A stretch of DNA of 64,000 bases from Terriglobia bacterium (lineage in GTDB: Bacteria; Acidobacteriota; Terriglobia; 20CM-2-55-15), in NCBI GenBank assembly GCA_965198225.1, contig CBDAOY010000006.1, positions 32,001 to 96,000 on the forward strand, read 5' to 3'. The translations under genes and the position numbers were made by a program. Of this stretch, positions 1-10,420 are shown in pieces. Below the pieces are notes generated by a model. That model had not been told where the DNA came from, ran no database searches, and saw only the letters and a list, made by a program, of their open reading frames with translations. Position 1 is the first letter of the stretch; each line of letters starts with the position of its first letter.

Positions 1-610
1 CGTCAGACCGATGATCGGCCGGTTGACGCCGCGCCTGCTCCGGACTCATGTAGGCGGGCGTGCCCAGCAGTACGCCCTTACCGCCTGCGGCATCCTCGGC
101 CAGCGTTTCGAGGACGGTCTCATCGCCCACTGCAGTGCCGGCATAGGCCTTCGCCAACCCGAAATCCAGGACCTTCACTTTGCCTTCAGACGTGACCTTG
201 ATGTTGGCGGGCTTCAGATCCCGATGGATGACGCCCTTCTCGTGCGCGGCTTCGAGGGCTTCGGCGATCTGGAGTGCGAGTTCGAGGGATTCCTGGACGG
301 GAAGCGGCCCCCGATCCAGTTGTTCCGACAGAGTCTGCCCTTCGACCAACTCCAAAACGAGGAACCGCGTTCCCTCGGACTCTTCCAGCCCGTAGATCGC
401 CGCGATATTCGGATGATTCAGCGAAGCAAGCAGCTTGGCCTCGCGCTCAAAGCGCGCGATCCGTTCGGTATCTTGTGCAAACTCCTCCGGAAGAACCTTG
501 ATCGCGACACTGCGGCCGAGCTTCTTATCGGTTGCCTGATACACCTCGCCCATGCCGCCTTTACCTATGGCAGCGGTGATCTCATAGTGAGCCAGTGTCC
601 TGCCAATCAT
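1..610 (-). CDS. Ser/Thr kinase array copy 1 (5' part; runs off window), subfamily A
   Basis: ATG at 610; reverse complement encodes the same GxGGMGEVY, HRDLKPAN, DFG and GTPAYMSPEQ motifs as copies 2-5. Confidence 0.9.
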   Translation of the reverse strand, partial: MIGRTLAHYEITAAIGKGGMGEVYQATDKKLGRSVAIKVLPEEFAQDTERIARFEREAKLLASLNHPNIAAIYGLEESEGTRFLVLELVEGQTLSEQLDRGPLPVQESLELALQIAEALEAAHEKGVIHRDLKPANIKVTSEGKVKVLDFGLAKAYAGTAVGDETVLETLAEDAAGGKGVLLGTPAYMSPEQARRQPADHRSD

Positions 611-621
611 GCCTTTGTCCC

Positions 622-691
622 GTGTAGGTGCGGTCTATGACCGCACATTCTTCAAACCACGACAACGTGCGCTCATAGAGCGCACCTACAC
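622..691. repeat. REPIN (inverted REP doublet)
   Basis: GTGTAGGTGCGGTCTATGACCGCAC...GTGCGCTCATAGAGCGCACCTACAC; each arm is an 8-bp-stem hairpin with a GTAG end. Confidence 0.9.
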
Positions 692-719
692 TTGCTGGGA
701 TGCAAAAAACGGTGTTGCC

Positions 720-3347
720 TCATTTGCGATTGAGTTCCCCCGTCCAATTGACGACCACACTCACCGGTTTAGGATTGGGGTGCGGCCGCCTCAGAAGGAA
801 TCTATCACCCTCCAGAGTCACGGAATAATGGTTGCGGCTGTCAACCAACCCTGTGATCTGCGGCTCAAATACCCGTTCGGGCGGACCGACGCGAAGATCA
901 CCGGAATCGAGCTCTACACGAACCGCCATGACACGTCGATCTTCTCCGCCAAAAAACAACTCCTCACCGTCGTTCCTCCAACGCGGATGGAATCCGCCCT
1001 CGCTGGATACGCGTCTGGTGTTCTCTCCCGCCGGGAAACTCGTTACGTATATTTCCATAGTGCCGGTTTCTGCGGATGCGTAAGCGACCCAGTTTCCATC
1101 CGGCGAGAAGACGGCGCCATACTCGTAGGAGTCCGAGTCCAGGAGTCTCCAGGGTGCTTGATCACCCAAGACAGGCAAGACCCACACGTCACCCGAGTCT
1201 GCGGGTGAGTCTTCAAACAGAATGAACCGGCCGTCACCGGACCAATCTGTCGGTCTGATCCACTCCGTGTCGACGGCTCCCTCAAACACCAATTCTTCGT
1301 TTCCGCTGACCACATCCTTCACCCACAGGTCAAAGCGATCATTCCGGTCGGTAGCAAAAACGATTCGATCTCCCTGTGGCGACCAAACGGGATCCATGTC
1401 ATACGATGGATTCGATGTGAAACGCGTTGTTGTGTTCCTCTCGACATCGATCAGCCAGATGTCGACGTTTCCAGACGCGGGATCCCGACGGTTCACTGCC
1501 ACCCGTCGCCCGTCCGGCGACAGCGCCGGATTCACAAACTCACCAGATTCAGGTTGGTGAGCCGTCCCCAATTCCTTTCCCTGTCGATCGAACCAGACGA
1601 GCTGGCCATCCACCCCGGGACCGGGCCTGAAGGCCAACATTCCATTCTCCGAAACCGAGAACGGCACGCTGACTTCTCCCAGCACCGAACCAGACACAAC
1701 CAACCGACCGATGGTTTGCGGTTGGTCATCAAGCGCGAGGGTTGCAGGATCGAAACGCTGAGCCATCAAGGTGCCACCTCGTAAGAACAGGATGTGACCA
1801 TCGGCGTACTGGGCTCCAGAGTTCGCATCGAGCAGAAAGCTCGCCCGCCCGGATTCCAACGAAGCAACGTGAACAGCACCAGGGTCCCTATCCGGGTAAA
1901 CGCTATACAGAAAGTGATTCCCGTCGGGCAGAAAGAACGGGAACCCTCGGGGCGTCTCCGGGCTGAACCCATCCTGTACGGCCACCGGTGTTAGCGGGCC
2001 GCCGTCCTCGGGTAAGCGGTTAAGTCCCGCCAGGAGAATCGTGCCGTCGTTGTTCCAGGTACCATTGAAGGACCGTCCATCGTATAGCGTCTGAGGACTT
2101 CCCCCCGAAAGATCAAGCTTCTTCACACGACCCTGATCGGTCGAAAACCCTAACAAACGGTTGTCCGGTGACCAGTACACGCTGGCGGCACCCTCGGTCC
2201 CCGGGAGCGCTTCGGAATGCTCGGATTCGAACGCCCGTAGCCATATCACCCTTTCTCCGTCGGAGTCTGGTCCAATAAAGGCCATCCGCTGGCCGTCTCG
2301 TGCCAAGGCGAATTCCTCGCCGCCAGCTCCCGGCGGTAAAGGGACGACAAAACGCACCGCTTCTGGTTCTCGGTCCGAATCCCCGACCCCGGTGACCAGC
2401 AGAGCCAGGACAGCGATCAGCAACCCTGAAGTTGCCGTAACCCATGCGACGCGTTCCCAGCCCCTCGTGTCAACCTTGACCGGCAACGGGTCTCGCTCAG
2501 CCTCCGCAGCGAGTTCCATGGCGATGCGGACATCACCGATGGCCTGCCACCGACGCTTCGGGATCCTCTCCAGGCAACGTTCGAGAAGTCGTCGAAGGGC
2601 TGGATCGAGGTCGTCCGGCATCGCGCCGAAGTCCGGTTCCCGTTCAAGGATGGCTGCGATGGTGTCGGAGAGCGTGTTGCCTTTGAAGAGCGTCTTTCCG
2701 GTCAACACCTCATAAAGCACGCACCCGAAAGCCCAAACGTCTGACCGATGATCGGCCGGCTGTCTGCGAGCCTGCTCGGGGCTCATGTACGCCGGCGTGC
2801 CGAGAAGGACGCCCCTACCGCTCTCGGAATCCTCCGCCAGCGTTTCAAGGACGGTTTCGTCACCCAGCGCAGTGCCGGCATACGCCTTCGCCAACCCGAA
2901 GTCCAATACCTTTACTTTGCCTTCAGACGTGACCTTGATGTTGGCAGGCTTCAGATCCCGATGGATGACGCCCTTCTCGTACGCGGCTTCGAGGGCTTCC
3001 GCGATTTGGAGGGCGAGTTCGAGGGATTCCTGGACGGGAACCGGACCGCGTTGAAGGCGATCTGCGAGCGTGTCGCCTTCTACCAGCTCCAGAACGAGGA
3101 AGCGCGTACCTTCCGATTCCTCGAGCCCGTAAATTGCCGCGATGTTCGGATGATTCAGCGACGCCAGCAGCTTCGCTTCGCGCTCGAAGCGTGCGACGCG
3201 GTCGCTATCTTGTGCAAACTCTTCAGGCAGGACCTTGATTGCGACATTGCGGCCGAGCTTCCCATCCGTGGCTTGATACACCTCGCCCATACCACCTTTA
3301 CCGATGGCTGCGGTGATTTCGTAGTGGGCCAGTGTCTTGCCAATCAT
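720..3347 (-). CDS. Ser/Thr kinase-TM-TolB-like beta-propeller, copy 2 (intact, 875 aa)
   Basis: VAIK, HRDLKPAN, DFG, MSPE; hydrophobic helix VAWVTATSGLLIAVLALLV; repeated WSPD/FSPDG motifs. Confidence 0.93.
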   Translation of the reverse strand: MIGKTLAHYEITAAIGKGGMGEVYQATDGKLGRNVAIKVLPEEFAQDSDRVARFEREAKLLASLNHPNIAAIYGLEESEGTRFLVLELVEGDTLADRLQRGPVPVQESLELALQIAEALEAAYEKGVIHRDLKPANIKVTSEGKVKVLDFGLAKAYAGTALGDETVLETLAEDSESGRGVLLGTPAYMSPEQARRQPADHRSDVWAFGCVLYEVLTGKTLFKGNTLSDTIAAILEREPDFGAMPDDLDPALRRLLERCLERIPKRRWQAIGDVRIAMELAAEAERDPLPVKVDTRGWERVAWVTATSGLLIAVLALLVTGVGDSDREPEAVRFVVPLPPGAGGEEFALARDGQRMAFIGPDSDGERVIWLRAFESEHSEALPGTEGAASVYWSPDNRLLGFSTDQGRVKKLDLSGGSPQTLYDGRSFNGTWNNDGTILLAGLNRLPEDGGPLTPVAVQDGFSPETPRGFPFFLPDGNHFLYSVYPDRDPGAVHVASLESGRASFLLDANSGAQYADGHILFLRGGTLMAQRFDPATLALDDQPQTIGRLVVSGSVLGEVSVPFSVSENGMLAFRPGPGVDGQLVWFDRQGKELGTAHQPESGEFVNPALSPDGRRVAVNRRDPASGNVDIWLIDVERNTTTRFTSNPSYDMDPVWSPQGDRIVFATDRNDRFDLWVKDVVSGNEELVFEGAVDTEWIRPTDWSGDGRFILFEDSPADSGDVWVLPVLGDQAPWRLLDSDSYEYGAVFSPDGNWVAYASAETGTMEIYVTSFPAGENTRRVSSEGGFHPRWRNDGEELFFGGEDRRVMAVRVELDSGDLRVGPPERVFEPQITGLVDSRNHYSVTLEGDRFLLRRPHPNPKPVSVVVNWTGELNRK

Positions 3348-3349
3348 GG

Positions 3350-5025
3350 TTACGGGACCGGAACCCGTTCCTTCACTTCCTCGATCCAGTTCTGTACGAC
3401 GACAACCCGCCGTGGTGCGAGATTGTCGTCCCCGTCGGGACGGATCATGAGAAAGCGGCCATCTGGGCCTACGTCATACGACGGTGGCTGTACACCCCTG
3501 AGAAGGCTTGTACTGAGAAAGCTTGTCTCGAATAGCTGTTCTGGTGGTTGAAAATCCACGCTGTCTTCGGTCTGAACCGCCACCGCCATCATTGCATCGC
3601 CTTCGAGGTAGTAAAGTTCTCGTCCGTCACGGGCCCAAATTGGCTCGATGCCGCCGTTCGGAGAAACCCGGACCGCCGCGGCGGGCCCAGGGTAGCGTCG
3701 GACCCAGATCTCTGATTGACCGGTCTGGTCGGAAACGTAGGCAAGCCATCGCCCGTCTGGTGAGAGCGCGGCTCCCCAAAACCCTTCGTCGGACGGCGTC
3801 GCGACGATCGGTTCGATCTTGTCGGGCTCCGCGATCGGCCAGCGGACGATGTCGTTTCCGGTATCCCCTCCGAGTTGGAGGCCTGGAGTTCGTCGATCGA
3901 TCTCAGGTACAGTCCGTCGCCCCGGACCATTGCGATCTGGCTGCCGTCCGGTGAGATGGCAAGTATGGACGGACGAACGGAGGTTTCGGGGGACTCCCCT
4001 CCGCCCTGGGGCAGATCGTACTCAAAACGCGTGACCGCCCGGGGTTCCGGCCGAAGCGGTCTCAAGTACCAGGTGAGAGGAATTGCGACCAGAGCGATCA
4101 TCAGGATCGCAACCGCGCACCAAAGAATCGGTCGGGCCTGCGGTTTGGAGTCGGTACCCGGCTCACCTGAACCTGGGCTGGCTAGCGCCGCTTCGACTTC
4201 CAGCCGCACGTCGGCGATCGCGTGCCAACGACGCTTTGGATTCTTTTCCAGGCATCGTTCGAGGAGTCGACGAATGGCGGGACTGAGGTTGTTCGGCAGC
4301 CGGCCGAAGTCCGGCTCACGTTCAAGGATCGCGGCAATCGTGTGCGACAGTGTGTTGCCTTTGAAGACGACCTTGCCAGTCAGCATTTCGAACAGGACAC
4401 AACCAAACGACCAGACATCCGACCGATGATCGGCCGGCTGACGACTGGCCTGTTCCGGACTCATGTAGGCGGGCGTTCCCAAGAGGACGCCCTTGCCGCT
4501 CTCGGCACCCTCGGCCAGCGTTTCCAAAATGGTCTCATCGCCGAGAGCAGCGCCGGCATAGGCCTTCGCCAACCCGAAGTCCAATACCTTCACTTTGCCT
4601 TCGGACGTGACCTTGATGTTGGCGGGCTTCAGATCCCGATGGATGACGCCCTTCTCGTGCGCGGCTTCGAGGGCTTCCGCGATTTGTACGGCGACTTCGA
4701 GTGATTCCTTAACGGGGAGGGGGCCGCGAACCAGTCGTTCCGACAGAGTTTGGCCTTCGACCAGCTCTAAGACGAGGAAGCGCGTTCCTTCGGATTCTTC
4801 CAGTCCGTAGATCGCCGCGATGTTCGGATGGTTCAGCGAGGCGAGCAGCTTGGCCTCACGCTCGAAGCGTGCAACGCGGTCGTTATCTTGTGCAAACTCT
4901 TCAGGCAGGACCTTAATCGCGACATTGCGGCCGAGCTTCCTATCGGTGGCTTGATACACCTCCCCCATGCCACCTTTGCCGATGGCTGCGGTGATCTCGT
5001 AGTGAGCCAGTGTCTTACCGATCAT
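3350..5025 (-). pseudogene. Kinase-propeller copy 3; ~0.95 kb internal deletion with frameshift near 3875
   Basis: Kinase and TM intact; after SIDELQA the sequence jumps, out of frame, to a homolog of the copy 4 C-terminus (NDIVRWPIAEPD...VVQNWIEEVKERVPVP); 1676 bp versus ~2630 bp. Confidence 0.85.
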
Positions 5026-5027
5026 AG

Positions 5028-7660
5028 TTATGGGACCGGAACCCGTTCCTTCACTTCCTCGATCCAGTTTTGTACAACCACCATCCGCCGCGTTGTCACG
5101 CTGTCGCTACGAATCATGAGAAATCGGCCATCAGCGCCTACGTCATAGGACGGTGCTTGACGACGCCTGAGGAAAATTCTCTCGAACAACCGTTCGGGTG
5201 GCTGGAAGTTGAAGGTGTCCTTGGAGTCTACCGCCACGGCCATCACGGAGTTGCCTTCGAGGTAATAGAGTTCTCGTCCATCGCGGGCCCAAACCGGTTC
5301 GATGCCGCCGTTTGGGGACACGCGAACTGGCGCACCAGGCCCCGGATATGGTCGGACCCAGATTTCTGGTTGCCGGTCAGATTGGAATCATAGGCAAGCC
5401 ATCGCCCGTCGGGCGATAGCGTGGCTCCCCAACGACCCTCGTCGGCCGGCGTCGCGACAACCGATTCGAAGTCGTCGGGCTCGGCGATCTGCCAGCGCAC
5501 GATGTCGATTCCGTTCGCTCCTTCGGCGAAGTCTGCCAGCAATTCCAAGCCGTCCCCAGACCACCCGTGCGGATGGAAGTGCCCCTCCGGGGATACGCGC
5601 TCCGGGACAGCGCTGCTGCCATCGGCCGAGACCGCCCACAACGACGACGGGGAGCCGGAACCGTAACCGGAGGCGCCCTCATACACGATACGCTGCCCGT
5701 CCGGCGTCCAGAGTGGCGACAAATTTGATCCGTCAAACGTCACCTTCATGGGGGGCCGCCCGGCCACGTCGTACACCCAAATGTCACCCAGTTCGCTCAT
5801 CGCGAACCGGCTGGCGTCCGGAGAGAGGCGGGGATGCTGAGGTCTCGTGAGCGGCGAATCAGCCAACGCCTCGTCTTCGTGTCCGTCGCGCGTGACCCAA
5901 ACCGGTGTTCCCAATCCCGGCTGTATGCCTTGCGCATAAATCAGCGAACCCGACTCAGAAACGTCAAAATACAACGGCCCAGCAACCCCCCCGCGTAACA
6001 CATTCTGGAGCAGGACTACAGGTGGGCCTGCCTCCCATGTTTCGGGATCAAACCGACGGGCGACAACGTCGTTCTCCAACTGGTAAACGAGATGTCCGGT
6101 CGTCACAAAATAAAAAACGCCGCCGCCGCTGAACAATACCTTTTCGTCTCCCGATTCTAACGACCGCGCCACAACCCGAGCGTCGTAGGCCGGGCCAATT
6201 GCAAACAGGACCGATCTTCTATCCGGCAACACAATCGGATTGAAAATCGATCCCTCCCGCTCAAAGAGGATCTCCGGAATCCCTCCGTTTGCGGAAACGC
6301 TCACGATTGCGGAATTGTTTCCCTGGTTCGTCTGGACGTATAGGATCGAATCGTCTGAAGTCCAGAAGGGCCCGTAAGGCTGTTCCGCTCCGGTCAGAAC
6401 GATCGGCGTGCCGCCGCCGATAGGAACTTTCTTCAGCAGTCCCTCGTTCGGCGACCAGTAACCGACCCATTGAGCGTCCGGTGAAAAGAAGGGAGCGGAG
6501 ATCAACTCTCCCTCGGTGCCGGAGATGTGTCTGGTTGCGATTTCGTCCATCGAGCGTACGACTAGTCCGTCGCTCGAGCCGGAGACGACCTGCCTGCCGT
6601 TCGGTGAAATGGCGAGCGAGAGCCCCCCTTCGAAACGTTCGATCGGGGGCAACTCGTACTCAAAACGCGTGACCGCACGCGGTTCGGGCCGAAGCACAGT
6701 TCTCAGGTACCAGCCCAGGGGAATGGCCATGAGAACGCCTAGAATCGCGACAACGTAGGGAAGTGATCGTGCGCGAGGATTGTCTGGGAGGTCCGCTGGC
6801 ACGAAGACGTCTTCCGTCAACGCCGCTTCGACTTCCAACCGCACATCGCCGATTGCTTGCCAGCGGCGCTTAGGATTCTTTTCCAGGCAACGCTTGAGGA
6901 GTCGGCGAATGGCTGGGCTGAGATCGGTTGGTGTGGTGCCGAACTCCGGCTCGCGTTCGAGGATGGCGGCAATCGTGTCGGAGAGCGTGTTTCCTTTGAA
7001 GAGGGTCTTGCCGGACAGCATCTCGAACAGCACACACCCGAAAGCCCACACATCGGACCGATGATCAGCCGGTTGACACCTAGCCTGCTCCGGACTCATG
7101 TAGGCCGGGGTTCCAAGCAGGACGCCCTTGCCGCTTTCGGCATCCTCCGTCAGTGTTTCAAGGATGGTTTCATCGCCCACCGCCGTGCCGGCATAGGCCT
7201 TCGCCAACCCGAAGTCCAACACCTTTACTTTGCCCTCGGACGTGACCTTGATGTTGGCGGGCTTCAGGTCCCGATGAATGACACCCTTCTCATGCGCGGC
7301 TTCGAGGGCTTCGGCGATTTGCAGGGCGAGTTCGAGAGATTCCTGGACGGGAAGGGGACCGCGAACCAGTCGTTCTGAAAGAGTCTGGCCGTCGACCAAC
7401 TCCAAAACGAGGAAGCGCGTTCCCTCAGATTGTTCGAGCCCATAGATCGCCGCGATGTTCGGATGGTTCAGCGAAGCAAGCAGTTTGGCCTCACGCTCGA
7501 AGCGTGCGACTCGTTCTGTATCTTGTGCAAACTCCTCAGGCAGGACCTTGATCGCGACATTGCGACCCAGCTTCCTATCGGTAGCCTGATACACCTCCCC
7601 CATGCCACCTTTGCCGATGGCAGCAGTGATCTCGTAGTGGGCCAGTGTCTTGCCGATCAT
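5028..7660 (-). pseudogene. Kinase-propeller copy 4; 1-nt frameshift near 5373
   Basis: 805 aa + 97 aa ORFs; ACCGGCAACCAGAAATCTGG versus copy 3 ACCGGTCAATCAGAGATCTGG shows one missing base. Confidence 0.8.
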
Positions 7661-10278
7661 GGCACCGGCACCTTTTCCTTCAACTCCTCGAACCAGTTCT
7701 GGACGACGTTGATCCGGCGTGGAGTTGCGAGCGCGCCCGTTGCTCCTCCTGGGATAATCAAGAAGCGTTCGTGTTCGGGATCGAAGCCGTCCACGCGGAA
7801 GTCAAACGGGAGTTCGAAAAGGGTTTGGACTTCACCTCGCCTGAAATCCGGTTGGGTCTGGACCGTCACGGCCATCATCTTCTGGTAATCCGGACCTACA
7901 CCGCGAAAGTAGAGCCGGTTCCCGTCCTGCGACCAGGTGTTCCAGCCGCCCTGGGGACCGTTCGCGGTGTAAACCAGGCGGCCGGATCCAGGCCCGGGGA
8001 AGGGCGTCACCCACAACTGGTTCCCATCGTCTGTCACTCGCAAATAAGAAATCCATCTTCCGTCCGGGGAAAAATTGGCTGCTCCTGCGTTCTCGGTCTG
8101 CGATTTTGCACTGCCCTCCTCGACGGAAAACACCCAGACGGTTCCCTGCCCCCGCAGCCCCGAAGTAAAAACCATGAATCGGCCGTCGGCGGACCAGTTC
8201 GTCTCGAGCACTCTCTGCTCGTGCTCCCAGAGCAGCTGGGGCGGTTCGCTGCCATCGGCCTTCTGCCAGTAGATGCGTTCCTCGATCGCATACGTCACCC
8301 GTTCGCCGTCGGCGGACCAGGCCAGTGCCAGAACCGGCTGGTCCTCATCCGTCAGCTGAACAGGAGTTCCGGTTTCCACGTCGTAGACCCAGATGGACCT
8401 TGACCTTCCGTCCTCGCCGTCGGCAAGGGCCGCGATCCGCCGACCATCGGGTGAACTAACGGACCTGCGATACGTTTGCGGTCCGTCGAGGAGGGTGGTG
8501 ACCTCGCCATCGAGGCTCACCCACTGAACGCTGGACGTCTGACCTGTCCAGTGACCCGGCAGGTAGGCAAGCGTTCCGGAAGCACCGAAAGACGCGTGCA
8601 CACTGCTGGTGGTGAAAACCTCTTTCATCACGGACATCGGTGTTCCTCGGAGCTCAAGGTCGTCGACGTCGAAAGGAACTGCGACCAACTCGCCTCCCCG
8701 TCCGTAGACGAGATGGCCGGTTGGCGCGTAGCGAGCGTCGATGCCTCCCTCAAACAAGACTGTGCGTTCGTCGGATCCCACCGATTGGACGATCCGCAGA
8801 GCCGGTTCAAACCCATGATATCGCCCGAAAAGCACCGACTTTCCGTCGGACAACATCTGGGGCACGCCAAGGAACTCGCCCTCGCGCGCCGGGATCAACA
8901 ACTCTGGAGTGCCGCCGCCGGCAGAAACTCTCAGTATTCCGCCTCGATCCCCGTAGAGGACCGCATCGCTGTCCAACCAACTGCCCATATTGTACCGGGG
9001 TGCTTCTGTGAGAGCTTCCGGGGCGCCACCCTCGATCGCAACCTTCCTGAGCTCACGTGTCGCGCCCGAGAAATACGCGATCCACCGCCCGTCCGGCGAA
9101 AAGAACGGATCTTGCGCGCCATTCGTTCCGGCAATGGGCGTGACGGCATCCCGGCCGAGGTCCCAGACGTGGAGCTGTCCGTTTGCGACATAGACGATCT
9201 GGGTCCCATCGGGCGAGACCGTGAGGACGGGTAGCGTAAGGCTAGGTCCGAAAGCTTGATCGTCGGGAAGCTCCAGATGAAAACGCGTCATGGGGCTCGG
9301 TTCAGTTGGGACTGGCGGCTTCAAGTACCACCCACCAACGGCTGCGACTACTACGGCCATCGCCAATGTCGCCGCATAGGGAAGCAAGTGCCGCCGCTGG
9401 GGTGTCGCTTCCCCAAGGGCTCCCGCCGGACTGGAAAGTGTTTCTTCGATCTCCAACCGTACGTCCGCGATCGCATGCCACCGACGCTTCGGGTTCTTGT
9501 CCAGGCAACGTTCGAGCAGTCGTCGAATGCCTGGATTGAGGTGGCGTGGCAGGTCAGCAAGATTCGGTTCGCGCTCAAGGATTGCTGCGATCGTGTCGGA
9601 GAGCGTGTTCCCTTTGAAAGGGGTTCTTCCTGTTAACATTTCGAACAGCACACACCCGAACGCCCAGACATCAGACCGATGATCGGCCGGCTGCCGTCGC
9701 GCCTGCTCCGGGCTCATGTACGCCGGCGTGCCAAGCAGCACTCCCTTGGCGCTCTCGGCATTCTCCGCCAGCGTTTCAAGGACCGTTTCATCGCCCATCG
9801 CCGTACCGGCATAGGCCTTCGCCAGCCCGAAGTCCAACACCTTTACTTTGCCTTCGGACGTGACCTTGATGTTGGCGGGCTTCAGGTCCCGATGGATGAC
9901 GCCCTTCTCGTGGGCGGCTTCGAGGGCTTCGGCGATCTGGAGGGCGAGTTCGAGGGATTCCTGGACGGGAAGGGGCCCGCGGACCAGTCGTTCCGAAAGA
10001 GTCTGGCCTTCGACCAACTCCAGGACGAGGAAGCGTGTTCCCTCGGATTGCTCCAGCCCGTAGATAGCCGCGATGTTGGGATGGTTCAATGACGCAAGCA
10101 GCTTGGCTTCACGTTCGAAGCGTGCGACCCGTTCGGCGTCGCTCGCGAATTCCTCAGGCAGAACCTTGATCGCCACACTCCGGCCGAGCTTCGTATCGGT
10201 GGCCTGATACACCTCTCCCATGCCACCTTTACCGATGGCCCGGGTGATTTCGTAATGGGCCAGTGTCTTGCCGATCAT
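7657..10278 (-). CDS. Ser/Thr kinase-TM-beta-propeller, copy 5 (intact, 873 aa)
   Basis: All kinase motifs, TM LLPYAATLAMAVVVAAVGGWYL, SPDG repeats; stop overlaps the copy 4 start (ATGA). Confidence 0.93.
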   Translation of the reverse strand: MIGKTLAHYEITRAIGKGGMGEVYQATDTKLGRSVAIKVLPEEFASDAERVARFEREAKLLASLNHPNIAAIYGLEQSEGTRFLVLELVEGQTLSERLVRGPLPVQESLELALQIAEALEAAHEKGVIHRDLKPANIKVTSEGKVKVLDFGLAKAYAGTAMGDETVLETLAENAESAKGVLLGTPAYMSPEQARRQPADHRSDVWAFGCVLFEMLTGRTPFKGNTLSDTIAAILEREPNLADLPRHLNPGIRRLLERCLDKNPKRRWHAIADVRLEIEETLSSPAGALGEATPQRRHLLPYAATLAMAVVVAAVGGWYLKPPVPTEPSPMTRFHLELPDDQAFGPSLTLPVLTVSPDGTQIVYVANGQLHVWDLGRDAVTPIAGTNGAQDPFFSPDGRWIAYFSGATRELRKVAIEGGAPEALTEAPRYNMGSWLDSDAVLYGDRGGILRVSAGGGTPELLIPAREGEFLGVPQMLSDGKSVLFGRYHGFEPALRIVQSVGSDERTVLFEGGIDARYAPTGHLVYGRGGELVAVPFDVDDLELRGTPMSVMKEVFTTSSVHASFGASGTLAYLPGHWTGQTSSVQWVSLDGEVTTLLDGPQTYRRSVSSPDGRRIAALADGEDGRSRSIWVYDVETGTPVQLTDEDQPVLALAWSADGERVTYAIEERIYWQKADGSEPPQLLWEHEQRVLETNWSADGRFMVFTSGLRGQGTVWVFSVEEGSAKSQTENAGAANFSPDGRWISYLRVTDDGNQLWVTPFPGPGSGRLVYTANGPQGGWNTWSQDGNRLYFRGVGPDYQKMMAVTVQTQPDFRRGEVQTLFELPFDFRVDGFDPEHERFLIIPGGATGALATPRRINVVQNWFEELKEKVPVP

Positions 10279-10289
10279 AAGTTCGTTAC

Positions 10290-10360
10290 GTGTAGGTGCG
10301 GTCTATGACCGCACGTCTTTGCAGGCCTGACTTTTGTGCGCTCATAGAGCGCACCTACAC
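10290..10360. repeat. REPIN
   Basis: Same two arms as 622-691. Confidence 0.9.
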
Positions 10361-10420
10361 CTGGGGCGATGCGACATAGCGTCGCTTGTTTTGAATTCAA
10401 TCGGTTGACCTCTCTCCGCA

